From an uncultured Saprospiraceae bacterium (GTDB taxonomy: Bacteria > Bacteroidota > Bacteroidia > Chitinophagales > Saprospiraceae), in the NCBI GenBank assembly GCA_937929835.1, contig CALFUU010000035.1, positions 10,940 to 74,939 on the forward strand: a stretch of DNA of 64,000 nt. Direction: 5' to 3'. This document shows, one piece after another, positions 17,421 through 27,044 of the stretch. The notes beneath the pieces were generated by a model that was not told where the DNA came from, ran no database searches, and saw nothing but the letters and a program-made list of their open reading frames with translations. Within the stretch, counting starts at the first letter, position 1. Every line of letters starts with the position of its first letter. Made by a program: the position numbers and the translations under genes.

Positions 17421-18944
17421 ATGAAAGATTTACAAATACTTGCCAATTACGTATCCCTTCAAAAGGTCAAACAAGTCCAAATAGTTACTGATGACACCAG
17501 TTTTAAAGGAAAATCACGCCTTTTTTACCAATTACTAACAAATGGGGACATAAAAACTGATGAAGAAGCTCAACAGAAGCTATATAATGGACCAAATCCT
17601 GAGAGTTATAGAAAGCTCAAGTATAGACTTAGGCAAAAACTCATCAATACCTTATTTGTTGTTGATGGTCATCAATACGGAAAGAGTAAAGACGAAAAAA
17701 GCGAAGTCAATCTTATCAAACTATGGGCAGCAACGGAAATACTAACCCACCGGCGTCTCCAAGGCTTGTCAAGACGACTACAAGCTCAGGTACTTAAAAC
17801 AGCCATAAAGCTGGACAGATTAGACATAGCGATCCCTATCGCAGTGGAGCAGAGAAGGAGATTTGGTGTTACTGAATACAATAATGCTAAATATGATAAG
17901 TTCAACACGCTAGTAAAAACGCTAACTCTACAATACAATTTCCAAATCGAAAGCTCTGAATACTACACCTGGCTGGCTAGTATAGTGAGTCACAAGCTGA
18001 AATACGACCAAGTTCATTTCACACAAGTAAAGAATAGATTATTAGAAATGAGATCTTCACTTTCGGAGATCAACAACTTTAATTCCTCATTCTTTCTATT
18101 TAATGCCATCTATTATGTGTCCATTCTCGATGGTGACCGCGCTCTAAAAAAGTCCATCTGTAGCGAAGCACTCGACTATCTCGCGGAGTTCCCCGATACA
18201 CCACCCATAATGCACTTCTCATTCAAGCAAAAAACGGCTCTCCTCGTCTTAGAAGAAGGGCAAATGGACTCTGCCTTAACTTTCCTTAATGAGCTCGATA
18301 AAATAAGCGTCAAGCCTGGCTCCATATCTTGGCAATTTGTACGCAATTACAAAAGCCTCATCCATTTTAGTACTCAAAATTACATAGAGGCTTATAAGGT
18401 CACGGCAAGCATTATCAATAACAATAAGGCTTTCAATAATCTTAGCTCTACTTTCAAGGAACATTGGTACATTAAGGAGGCCTACTTGTCTTTCCTAATT
18501 GCTGCTGGCAGATTTGACATCTCAAAAATTAGAGAAAAATTCAATAGAGCCTTTAGAATCAGTAGGTTTATGAATGAAGTACCACAACCTTCCAAGGATA
18601 AAGTAGGCTACAACCTTAGTATTAACATCATACAATTCTATTTTATCTTTTTGGAGTCGGACCCGATACGCATCTCCGACAAGCTAGAAAGCTTGAAGCA
18701 ATACGGCTTTAGATATCTCAAAGGTAAGCGGCACATTAGAGCAAGAACCTTTATCAAACTTCTTCAAAAATTAAAAAACCCACTCCTCAGCTCGAAGCAA
18801 ATTATTTCGAAGTCTAAAACCTTACTAAAAACACTAATGGAGCACCCACACGACTATTCCATAGAGGTCATGGAACGGGAAATTATTCCCTATGAATTGC
18901 AATGGGGAGAGCTTATTAATTATCTAGAAAAAGAAGGCAGTTAA
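17421..18944 (+). CDS. hypothetical all-alpha (TPR-like?) cytoplasmic protein
   Basis: This 507-aa ORF has no signal peptide and no motif I recognise. It looks AT-rich by eye and sits behind a 675-bp AT-rich spacer. Confidence 0.5.
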   Translation: MKDLQILANYVSLQKVKQVQIVTDDTSFKGKSRLFYQLLTNGDIKTDEEAQQKLYNGPNPESYRKLKYRLRQKLINTLFVVDGHQYGKSKDEKSEVNLIKLWAATEILTHRRLQGLSRRLQAQVLKTAIKLDRLDIAIPIAVEQRRRFGVTEYNNAKYDKFNTLVKTLTLQYNFQIESSEYYTWLASIVSHKLKYDQVHFTQVKNRLLEMRSSLSEINNFNSSFFLFNAIYYVSILDGDRALKKSICSEALDYLAEFPDTPPIMHFSFKQKTALLVLEEGQMDSALTFLNELDKISVKPGSISWQFVRNYKSLIHFSTQNYIEAYKVTASIINNNKAFNNLSSTFKEHWYIKEAYLSFLIAAGRFDISKIREKFNRAFRISRFMNEVPQPSKDKVGYNLSINIIQFYFIFLESDPIRISDKLESLKQYGFRYLKGKRHIRARTFIKLLQKLKNPLLSSKQIISKSKTLLKTLMEHPHDYSIEVMEREIIPYELQWGELINYLEKEGS

Positions 18945-18948
18945 TGGA

Positions 18949-19626
18949 TTATGTCAGGTGTTGCTTCATTTTGGCAATGTCCTCGCTGATTTGTTGTGTA
19001 ACGATATGATAAGCGACATAAAAGCCATCCTTAGTTGCCTGCACCTTAGCATTGGATTGGTTCATCTTCTGCTTATTGGCCTCTAGTGCTTTTGTACCTG
19101 CTTCTATCTCTTTTTGCAATTTAGTGATTTGAGCTTGTCTTTGCTTGATACCGTCTTCAAGTCTCTTGATTTCCTGAGCTTGGGCATTGACTTTTTTATT
19201 AGTTTGATTCTTAAAGGCATCTAGAAACTTCGCTTCTTCCTTAGCCAAGATTTTGAGGTATCCTTCAGCGCTCCCTACCAATTTCTGTGGAGTTGCACCC
19301 ATCGATTTGGCCATAGCGAGAGCCGACTTAAATCGCGTAGATTCATCCATATCAACATTGCTCAGATTCTGGACTGCTTGCTTGTACTCTAAGTAATCAA
19401 AGCCTTCTGGATTATTTTCCTCCAGAGCACCTAATAATCTGTTGACAAACTTCTCCTGAGGCTTACCTTTAGGCGGGTTGTTCTTATCATACCCTGTTGC
19501 TGTAGGGGCTGGAGCACCTGCCTTAGAGGGTTGATCGGAAGCTGATGCGGTAGATTTAGCCTGATCAGCAGACTGTGCACCACCCTCTTCCTCTATAACA
19601 AATAGTGATTTTAACTTCTTGAACAT
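18949..19626 (-). CDS. hypothetical coiled-coil protein with disordered N-terminus
   Basis: 225 aa with an A/P/S/Q-rich N-terminal third and a heptad-rich C-terminus (QEIKRLEDGIKQRQAQITKLQKEIEAGTKALE). It converges on the 507-aa gene with a 4-nt gap. Confidence 0.5.
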   Translation of the reverse strand: MFKKLKSLFVIEEEGGAQSADQAKSTASASDQPSKAGAPAPTATGYDKNNPPKGKPQEKFVNRLLGALEENNPEGFDYLEYKQAVQNLSNVDMDESTRFKSALAMAKSMGATPQKLVGSAEGYLKILAKEEAKFLDAFKNQTNKKVNAQAQEIKRLEDGIKQRQAQITKLQKEIEAGTKALEANKQKMNQSNAKVQATKDGFYVAYHIVTQQISEDIAKMKQHLT

Positions 19627-19708
19627 ACTTAGAATTTACTTCTTCAAATATACCGACTCTCTTGCTTAATAAACCCACCTATCCCGTGCTTGTTATTATC
19701 TTGTGCCT

Positions 19709-20137
19709 ATGTATGTCTTCAAGACCAAAAAGAGAGTACGATATGCAGAGACGGACAAAATGGGCTATCTCTACTATGGACACTATGCCAAATATTATGA
19801 AATAGGCCGTGTAGAAGCATTAAGAGACCTAGGTCTCTCCTATCAAAAAATGGAAGACGACTACGGTATTATGTTACCCGTACTAAGCTTGGAAAGTCGG
19901 TTCAAAATGCCCGCTTATTATGACGAAGAATTAGAAATCGTCACACAACTGAAAGAGCTACCCTCTAAGATGATCACCTTCCACCATCAGATCATTAACC
20001 CTAAGGGAGTGATTATCAATACTGCCATCGTCAAGTTATTTTTTGTAGATATGAAATCCAACAAGCGAGTCGAAACCCCTGCGCACTTAGCCGAAAAGCT
20101 ACATCCTTATTTTAAGTCAACCAATAAATCAACTTAA
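19709..20137 (+). CDS. acyl-CoA thioesterase, 4HBT/YbgC family
   Basis: It carries the RVRYAETDKMGYLYYGHYAKYYEIGRVEALR hot-dog fold signature with the catalytic Asp. I prefer the ATG at 19709 over the GTG at 19703. Confidence 0.8.
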   Translation: MYVFKTKKRVRYAETDKMGYLYYGHYAKYYEIGRVEALRDLGLSYQKMEDDYGIMLPVLSLESRFKMPAYYDEELEIVTQLKELPSKMITFHHQIINPKGVIINTAIVKLFFVDMKSNKRVETPAHLAEKLHPYFKSTNKST

Positions 20138-20141
20138 GGGT

Positions 20142-21107
20142 TTGGGCTTATCTAATCTTCCTATAATCCAACTGCTTACTGACTTCTGTAAGAAATCTTC
20201 CTTACCGGGATTTTCAGGAGTATCCATCTACAATGTCGCGACATTTGTATGGGGCGAGGCTATGAAAGAGGATAATGATATCGTCACTAGATCTAACTCT
20301 ATCGCCTTCAATTTTTTTCTTTCGCTCTTCCCGACGATCATCTTTTTATTTACACTGCTACCCTTATTTCCTGTCTCCACAGATTACTTACAGATTTTTC
20401 ACGATTCTACGAGAGGCTTTATCCCGGACCAAGCACACGAATACTTGTTTAATATGTTAGCCGGCGTTGTATCTACGCCGAGGAGTGGCCTTCTATCGGT
20501 AGGTTTCTTTTTTGCCTTGGTGTTTTCTAGTTCAGGAATGGTGACTTTGATGTATGGCTTCCATAAAAGTTATGAGAGAGTCTTCAACAAAAGAAATTAT
20601 ATCCAAAACCGCCTACTCGCTATAGGGTTGACCATCCTTGTGGCCGGTATATTTGTGACTTCGATTTTCTTAATCATCTTTGGTACTCCGCTACTGCAAC
20701 TCCTAATTGACAAAAGTAATCTCAACAGTTACTCTGCTGTTGTTTTTAATTTTACTAAGTGGTGGATTGTCGTTATCGTCATCTATACAGGCATAACCCT
20801 CATCTACAGGTATGGCTCTGCAATGAAAGAAAGAATTAAGTGGCTAAATACGGGCGCGATATTGGCAACCATACTGTCCATATTTACCTCGTTGATCTTC
20901 TCTTTTTTCATCAACTCATTTGGTCGTTACAATGAGATTTACGGATCGATAGGCGCTTTAATTGTTCTACTTCTGTGGATACAGATTAATGTATTTGTCA
21001 TATTGATAGGATTTGAGTTTAACGCCAGTATTGCCGTCCATAAAGCGGAACTCTACTCCCAACCCATTAAAGAAAATACAGCTAGCACTCAAGAAGAAGA
21101 GCCATAG
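20142..21107 (+). CDS. YihY/BrkB (formerly ribonuclease BN-like) family membrane protein
   Basis: It starts with TTG, 4 nt after the thioesterase stop. It has six TM helices and the SIAFNFFLSLFPTIIFLFTLLP...GALIVLLLWIQINVFVILIGFEFN pattern. Confidence 0.8.
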   Translation: MGLSNLPIIQLLTDFCKKSSLPGFSGVSIYNVATFVWGEAMKEDNDIVTRSNSIAFNFFLSLFPTIIFLFTLLPLFPVSTDYLQIFHDSTRGFIPDQAHEYLFNMLAGVVSTPRSGLLSVGFFFALVFSSSGMVTLMYGFHKSYERVFNKRNYIQNRLLAIGLTILVAGIFVTSIFLIIFGTPLLQLLIDKSNLNSYSAVVFNFTKWWIVVIVIYTGITLIYRYGSAMKERIKWLNTGAILATILSIFTSLIFSFFINSFGRYNEIYGSIGALIVLLLWIQINVFVILIGFEFNASIAVHKAELYSQPIKENTASTQEEEP

Positions 21108-21617
21108 CTACCTAAAAGTTATATAGCACCCGATAGCATCACTTTCAGTAAAGGCTAGATCATCTCCCGCTTGCAATAGACCAAGCAGGTATTCTAAATC
21201 CCGTTTTTGAATCACTCGACGTCTTTTGCCCACCCTGACATAGCTATCGTCTATCCGACCTCGGTAGAGCATCTGTTTTTGCCAATTGTCATAAATCACA
21301 ACTTCTGGCGTCACTGTCACTCCAAATTCTTTTGTCTTGGTAGCAAAATATTCTAGCTTCAGGGGAATCGCAACATTGTTCTTTTTCTTGAAGTCGCTAA
21401 TCCCTTTCTCAGTAGAATGTCGACTCGGAAACAAGCCAATAAATTGTATATCTGCATCAGCATACAAACTATCTAGACGGTTGATCTCTGGAGCATAATA
21501 TTCACAGATTCTACAATCCTCACCTAAGAAATAATACACTGTATATCTTGAGGTGTCTGATACCCCAGCAAAGGCCACCCCAGAAAACAGAACATACACC
21601 AGTATCACATACTTCAT
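21108..21617 (-). CDS. exported thioredoxin-like (redoxin/TlpA-like) protein
   Basis: I prefer the ATG at 21617 (MKYVILVYVLFSGVAFAG signal). It has a CxxC motif (EDCRICEYY). The longer ORF to 21710 would overlap the folC 3' end. Confidence 0.6.
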   Translation of the reverse strand: MKYVILVYVLFSGVAFAGVSDTSRYTVYYFLGEDCRICEYYAPEINRLDSLYADADIQFIGLFPSRHSTEKGISDFKKKNNVAIPLKLEYFATKTKEFGVTVTPEVVIYDNWQKQMLYRGRIDDSYVRVGKRRRVIQKRDLEYLLGLLQAGDDLAFTESDAIGCYITFR

Positions 21618-21693
21618 AAGACCAATATAGCGGAGAGAACAATAACAGTCCACTTTTATAGGATAGAACAGCGTTAAATAAACTCTAAATGGA

Positions 21694-22920
21694 CTAGACC
21701 ACTTCTGCAACAGTAAAGATACTTCCAGTAACCAAGATCAAATCGTCTTTGCGAGCAGATAGCTTTGCCGCCGCCAAGGCTCTCGGAACGGAAGGATATG
21801 CCTTTCCATATAGCTCTGATTGGGCGGCTTCATCACTCAGCGTTTTTGCGTTCATCGCTCTCGGAATCTTAGCAGCAGCAAAATAATACTTTGCATCCTG
21901 AGGAAAATATGGAAATACCAGGCCCAGGTCCTTATCCGAAACAACAGCGATGACGATGTGTAGTTTTCGGTAATCTAATTTCTTGATTTCGTTAAATAGT
22001 GTGCTGATGCCCATCTCATTGTGGGCACTATCAGCAATTATGGTCGGGTCAACATTAATACGCTGAAAACGACCCATATACCCCCACCGAGCTAGAACGA
22101 GAGTCAGCGCATCTTTGACTCTATTGGGAGCAATAGAAACATCCATCTCATCAAGTGCTGTCATAGCTAAGTTCAGATTTTCCTTTTGATAATCAGGAAA
22201 CAATTGGCGTATGGAGGAAGGCACCAAGTTGGACTCAGCATATCTCAATCGAGACTGTGTAGCCTCTGCTTTGTGAGCAAAGACAGTAGTTGTCTCTTTC
22301 TGTTTTCTGCCGATGACAACAGGTATCCCCTTTTTTATGATCCCTGCCTTCTCGCCTGCAATCTCTGGTAGTGTCGTACCTAGAAAATTCATGTGATCAT
22401 AACCGATGTTGGTAATTACAGATAGTATCGGCGTAATCACATTGGTAGAGTCGAGCCGCCCGCCGAGACCAGTTTCTATGACTGCATAATCAACCTGCTC
22501 ATCCCTAAAGTGTGCAAACGCCATAGCAACGGTAATCTCGAAAAAACTAGGCTTCTCCTCCAGGTCAAAAACACCTTGGGCAATCAAGTCATTGACAAAG
22601 GACTTTACCACACGCTTAGGAATCATCTGTCCATCGACTTTGATCCGCTCCCGATAGCTCTTATAGTGAGGCGAGGTATATAGGCCCACTTTATAGCCCG
22701 CCGCAGCGAGTAAGGCCGCTATAAAGAATGAAGTAGAGCCCTTCCCGTTAGTCCCTGCTATATGAATTGATTTGAAATGCCTATGTGGATGGCCGACAAG
22801 GGCATCTAGATACTCAATATTCTTCAGGTCTGTCTTGAAAGCTTTAGGCCCTACTCTCTGGAACATAGGGAGTTGTTTGAACAAAAAAGCTTCGATATCC
22901 TTATACCTCGTTATATTCAT
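21694..22920 (-). CDS. folC: bifunctional folylpolyglutamate synthase/dihydrofolate synthase
   Basis: It has the Mur-ligase-type P-loop IAGTNGKGST, ETGLGGRLDSTNV and a C-terminal Mur ligase domain. Confidence 0.9.
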   Translation of the reverse strand: MNITRYKDIEAFLFKQLPMFQRVGPKAFKTDLKNIEYLDALVGHPHRHFKSIHIAGTNGKGSTSFFIAALLAAAGYKVGLYTSPHYKSYRERIKVDGQMIPKRVVKSFVNDLIAQGVFDLEEKPSFFEITVAMAFAHFRDEQVDYAVIETGLGGRLDSTNVITPILSVITNIGYDHMNFLGTTLPEIAGEKAGIIKKGIPVVIGRKQKETTTVFAHKAEATQSRLRYAESNLVPSSIRQLFPDYQKENLNLAMTALDEMDVSIAPNRVKDALTLVLARWGYMGRFQRINVDPTIIADSAHNEMGISTLFNEIKKLDYRKLHIVIAVVSDKDLGLVFPYFPQDAKYYFAAAKIPRAMNAKTLSDEAAQSELYGKAYPSVPRALAAAKLSARKDDLILVTGSIFTVAEVV

Positions 22921-22991
22921 GACTTCGTGCTAGTAGGCCAATACTAATAAATGTTCTAGACTAATCTTTCAAATCCTCTAATTTTCAGGAT

Positions 22992-24119
22992 ATCAAACGG
23001 TACAATTTTATAATAGCAGGAGGCGGATTAGCGGGATTAAGCCTTGCCTATAGGATTCGGAAGGACAGACAATATGACCAACACACCATTCTCATCTTAG
23101 ACAAAGACAGCAAGACAAAAAATGATAGGACCTGGTGCTTCTGGAGTAAGGAGAAGGGCCTCTTTGACCACATCGTACATCATAGCTGGGACACCTTAGA
23201 CTATAAGACCTCCGCTTATCAAAAAAAGATGTCTATATCTCCTTACAAATACAAGATGATACGCGGGATAGACTTCTACGACTACATACTTAATTTCTTG
23301 GCAAAAAAACCAAATACGACCTTTAGTCAAGAATCAATTTCCGAGATCACTGAGGATAGCAAAGGTGCAAAACTTGTTACAACGGAAAACACATATGAGG
23401 GTGATTACATTTTCAAGAGTTATCCCGATAGACTAGACAATATTAAAGACTACTTTGTCTGGCAGCATTTCAAAGGCTGGGTAGTGCAATCAAAAGAGCC
23501 ATTCTTCGATCCTAGTCGAGCGACCCTTATGGATTTTAGGATGGATCAAGGTGACGACACAAGATTCTTCTATCTGCTCCCTACCTCAGAGACGGAAGCC
23601 CTCGTGGAGCTCGCTATTTTTTCGCCTTCCATTCCCGATAGCACCTACTATGACAGCTACCTAGAATCCTATCTGAAAAAAGATGTCGGCCTCAAAAGTT
23701 GGACTATTACCCACGAAGAAGTTGGCGCTATCCCGATGACTTCACATAACTTTCAGACTGATAAGTCCAAAAGAGTCATCAGAATAGGAACTAACGGCGG
23801 AGCGGTAAAAGCCTCATCTGGTTACGCTTTTACGAGAGTGCAAAAACAAGTAGCTAGTGTTATGCATCAGATAGCATCTGGACAATTCCAACCACAAGGA
23901 AGGACGAGATATGATCTTTATGACAAAGTCTTGCTCAACGCTATACTAAAAGGAAAGACAACAGGGAAGGAAGTCTTTGACGGTTTATTTAAAAATTTAT
24001 CAGGACCAACAATATTTAGATTTCTAGATGGTGAGGGCAGCCTATGGACAGATCTCAAAGTATTCACAGGACCGCCCACTCTACCCTTTCTCAAAGCATT
24101 TGTAGAAGAGGTATCATAA
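22992..24119 (+). CDS. lycopene cyclase family protein (CrtY-type); start codon unresolved
   Basis: The frame is open from 22965. The FAD/NAD Rossmann motif YNFIIAGGGLAGLSLAY and the DRTWCFW block are encoded at 22992-23228, upstream of the first in-frame ATG/GTG/TTG at 23229. The start given here is the ATC codon at 22992. Confidence 0.7.
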   Translation: MKRYNFIIAGGGLAGLSLAYRIRKDRQYDQHTILILDKDSKTKNDRTWCFWSKEKGLFDHIVHHSWDTLDYKTSAYQKKMSISPYKYKMIRGIDFYDYILNFLAKKPNTTFSQESISEITEDSKGAKLVTTENTYEGDYIFKSYPDRLDNIKDYFVWQHFKGWVVQSKEPFFDPSRATLMDFRMDQGDDTRFFYLLPTSETEALVELAIFSPSIPDSTYYDSYLESYLKKDVGLKSWTITHEEVGAIPMTSHNFQTDKSKRVIRIGTNGGAVKASSGYAFTRVQKQVASVMHQIASGQFQPQGRTRYDLYDKVLLNAILKGKTTGKEVFDGLFKNLSGPTIFRFLDGEGSLWTDLKVFTGPPTLPFLKAFVEEVS

Positions 24120-24180
24120 CGCATATAATAATCGCTACTTTAGTCACTGTATCTTCAAAACAACAAATAACAAATTTCAT

Positions 24181-24393
24181 ATGGAAATGGAAACGATTCT
24201 CTCCCTGGGCTTTCTCATTATCGGAGGAGGATTTGTAGGTTCTTTGCTTATGGCATTGATGAAGATGCTCGGCACCCACAAGCCACCTAACAAAAGCTTG
24301 GCTCAGCACTTACTAGGTATATTTAAGTGGACCATAATCTTTACAGTTCTGCTCGTGCTCTTTATTGCTTTTGCAGTTGTACCTAATTCTTAA
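24181..24393 (+). CDS. small two-helix membrane protein (hypothetical)
   Basis: 70 aa with two clear hydrophobic helices. It ends 4 nt before the def-like ATG. I recognised no homology. Confidence 0.35.
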   Translation: MEMETILSLGFLIIGGGFVGSLLMALMKMLGTHKPPNKSLAQHLLGIFKWTIIFTVLLVLFIAFAVVPNS

Positions 24394-24397
24394 AATT

Positions 24398-25036
24398 ATG
24401 CGTCTAGTTTATCTTTCGGCAATTATATTTTGCACCCTTATTACCCTCAGTTGTTCTAGAACGACGACGGCGACACTTGATCAAACTTCTGGGGTAGGAA
24501 GTACAGTATATAGTGCGCAACAAAAATCTTTACTCCTATCGGGTTCTGAGACTGACCCTATGAGATTGTTTCTGACTACCAACAAAAGTGATTCTATCTT
24601 ACTCAGACAAAGGGCCGCTGAAGTCATACCCAATCCCGATGACCCATTACTCAATGCATGTATCAACAGACTCCTAGCCACAGTCCAAGATAGTATGTCG
24701 CTCGGTGTAGGCATCGCCGCACCTCAAGTCGGCATCCTCAAGAGAATCATCTGGGTGCAGAGATTTGATAAAGAAGGGTTCCCATTTGAAGTCTATCTCA
24801 ATCCTGTGATAAAACAATACACCAAGAAAAAACAAAACTGTATGGAGGGATGCCTTTCTATCCCTGACAAACAAGCGGAAACCAAAGTGAGAGCTTACGC
24901 CATCTTGTTAGAATACGATACGAGAGAAGGCCAACATATTACGGAGATGGTAGAAGACTTTACTGCGGTCATATTTCAACACGAAATAGATCACCTCGAT
25001 GGAAAGTTATTTATCGATCTACTGGAGGAGAAATAA
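24398..25036 (+). CDS. def: peptide deformylase homologue with N-terminal signal peptide/lipobox-like extension
   Basis: All three PDF motifs are present: GVGIAAPQVG, EGCLSIP and QHEIDHLDG. They are preceded by MRLVYLSAIIFCTLITLSCS and a roughly 40-aa linker. I prefer the ATG at 24398 over the upstream TTG at 24365. Confidence 0.85.
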   Translation: MRLVYLSAIIFCTLITLSCSRTTTATLDQTSGVGSTVYSAQQKSLLLSGSETDPMRLFLTTNKSDSILLRQRAAEVIPNPDDPLLNACINRLLATVQDSMSLGVGIAAPQVGILKRIIWVQRFDKEGFPFEVYLNPVIKQYTKKKQNCMEGCLSIPDKQAETKVRAYAILLEYDTREGQHITEMVEDFTAVIFQHEIDHLDGKLFIDLLEEK

Positions 25037-25203
25037 TGGTGCTGATATAGGTGTGTAACCTAAGATTTAAGATTGCTTTATGACGCCGCCTTGAGTAACG
25101 CTGTAAACAAAAAGGAGCTTTTTCTTCTAAAGATATTCTACGAATTTCAGTCCAATATGTATTGTTATGTGCTTCAATAAATACCAAGAAGATTGTAATA
25201 GAA

Positions 25204-26169
25204 TCAGAGACTGACCTTTGTCGATAGTAGTGCTGCTTTTTCAAAGGCAACCGCCAACTTAATCACATCAACTGCAAGATTTGTATTAGGCGTCTTGCGC
25301 TTTTTGCCTAGAACAGTCTGACCAAAATGATGTAGCTGTAAGTACTCAGAAAAAGTAAACCCCTCTGTCCCATCATGATAGATATCGACTTTCTCTCCAG
25401 TATCCTTATAGAGTTTAAATGATTTGTTGTTGGTATTAGAAATGAGTACTTGGCCCTTATTCCCGTAGATATTAATGTAACTCTGTTCTTTCTTTATCGC
25501 TGGCTGTATAATGAGATTAATACTAGATGACTTCCTAGTCAGACCTTTACAGATAATGGTATTGTTGTTGGTCGTCACTTCTACATCTGTAATCTGATCA
25601 GTGAGTAACCACTGACACAACTCTATTTCATCTAGGGCATTATCCAAAATACTGCTGCCACTGGAGGCTTCATATTGCCTGTTGAGCCCGCTAAAGAAGG
25701 CACTATCTAGGCTGATATGATTGATAACGCCGATGTCTCCCCTTTCTATTATTTGTTTGGCTGCACTCAATTGTGCATCAAAATGTACAAGCGATGAAAC
25801 CATCACAAACTGGCTCGGTCGGCTCTGCGCAGCCTTGTGCACAGATTCTGCATCTTCGACATTGAGCGCAACAGGGTCTGCAATGAATACATGTTTGCCC
25901 GCTTCTATCGCAGCGATAGCCAACAAAGGTCTTCTGCGGGGATCACCGAATATACAGACGGCGTCTATATCGTGATTCTCTATCAACGATTTCTCATCAG
26001 AGTATACATACTCAAGAGAAAGATCATTCTTGGCCAACAGTAACTCCTTTTGGGTCCTTCCGACTGCGCCCATCAGCGTTAAGTCCTTTATATGGTCTTT
26101 GAGCAAATGTGCATATCTCTCCCCTTGCTGCTCTAATCCTAGTATGCCTACTTTGACTTGATAGAGCAT
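25204..26169 (-). CDS. Gfo/Idh/MocA-family oxidoreductase
   Basis: It has an N-terminal Rossmann-like VGILGLEQQGERYA and the family-typical length and layout. Its ATG overlaps the lipA TGA by 1 nt (TGATG). Confidence 0.7.
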   Translation of the reverse strand: MLYQVKVGILGLEQQGERYAHLLKDHIKDLTLMGAVGRTQKELLLAKNDLSLEYVYSDEKSLIENHDIDAVCIFGDPRRRPLLAIAAIEAGKHVFIADPVALNVEDAESVHKAAQSRPSQFVMVSSLVHFDAQLSAAKQIIERGDIGVINHISLDSAFFSGLNRQYEASSGSSILDNALDEIELCQWLLTDQITDVEVTTNNNTIICKGLTRKSSSINLIIQPAIKKEQSYINIYGNKGQVLISNTNNKSFKLYKDTGEKVDIYHDGTEGFTFSEYLQLHHFGQTVLGKKRKTPNTNLAVDVIKLAVAFEKAALLSTKVSL

Positions 26170-27041
26170 CAGAGATGTCGTTCTGCGTGATAACTTGATC
26201 TTACAAGAGGACCACTTTCTACGAAGTCGATGCCCATCTTGAGGCCTTCCTCTTTATAGAACGCAAAGGTGTCTGGATGTACATATTCCTCTACAGCTAG
26301 GTGCATCTTGGTCGGTTGTAGATATTGTCCTATCGTGACGACATCACATCCATTGCTATGGAGGTCTTGGAGGATTTGAAGCACTTCTTCTTTAGTTTCG
26401 CCGAGGCCTACCATAAATCCTGACTTGGTACGCTTACCTGCATCCTTAGTCCTTTGGATTTGCTCGAGGCTCCTATCATACTTGGCTTGAGGTCTGACTT
26501 TACGATAGAGCCTGCGTACTGTCTCCATATTATGCGATACGACTTCTTGTCCACCTTCTATCATTCTATCGAGTGCATCCCAGTTGGCTCTTACATCTGG
26601 AATTAGCGTCTCTATAGTTGTTTCAGGGGACTGCTCTTTGGTCTGGACTACAGTCTGATACCAGATCTCGGCCCCTCTATCTTTGAGCTCATCTCTGTTC
26701 ACTGAGGTAATCACTGCATGCTTAACTTGCATCAGTCTGATCGCTTCTGCTACTCTTGTCGGCTCGTCAGCATCATACTCAGGCGGCCTCCCAGTCTTTA
26801 CCGCGCAGAAGGAGCAACTCCTTGTACATACATCCCCAAGGATCATAAAAGTGGCCGTCCCTGCGCCCCAGCACTCTCCCATATTGGGGCAGTTGCCGCT
26901 CTGACAGATGGTATTGAGTTTGTACTCATCTACGAGCCTTCTGACGCGTTTGAAATCTTCACCTGTTGGGAGCTTGACTCTTAGCCAATCTGGCTTCTTA
27001 GCTCTTTTGGGTGTCTGGGATACTATGGGTAGCTCTAACAT
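26169..27041 (-). CDS. lipA: lipoyl synthase
   Basis: It has the radical-SAM CTRSCSFC motif plus the N-terminal auxiliary cluster motif [12 protein letters not shown]. Confidence 0.95.
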   Translation of the reverse strand: MLELPIVSQTPKRAKKPDWLRVKLPTGEDFKRVRRLVDEYKLNTICQSGNCPNMGECWGAGTATFMILGDVCTRSCSFCAVKTGRPPEYDADEPTRVAEAIRLMQVKHAVITSVNRDELKDRGAEIWYQTVVQTKEQSPETTIETLIPDVRANWDALDRMIEGGQEVVSHNMETVRRLYRKVRPQAKYDRSLEQIQRTKDAGKRTKSGFMVGLGETKEEVLQILQDLHSNGCDVVTIGQYLQPTKMHLAVEEYVHPDTFAFYKEEGLKMGIDFVESGPLVRSSYHAERHL

Positions 27042-27044
27042 TAA

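Noticed and set aside
25011-25250. A 79-aa minus-strand ORF spans the gap between def and the Gfo/Idh/MocA gene.
   Set aside because: It overlaps the 3' ends of both convergent neighbours. Its composition is basic and low-complexity, and it has no supporting signals.
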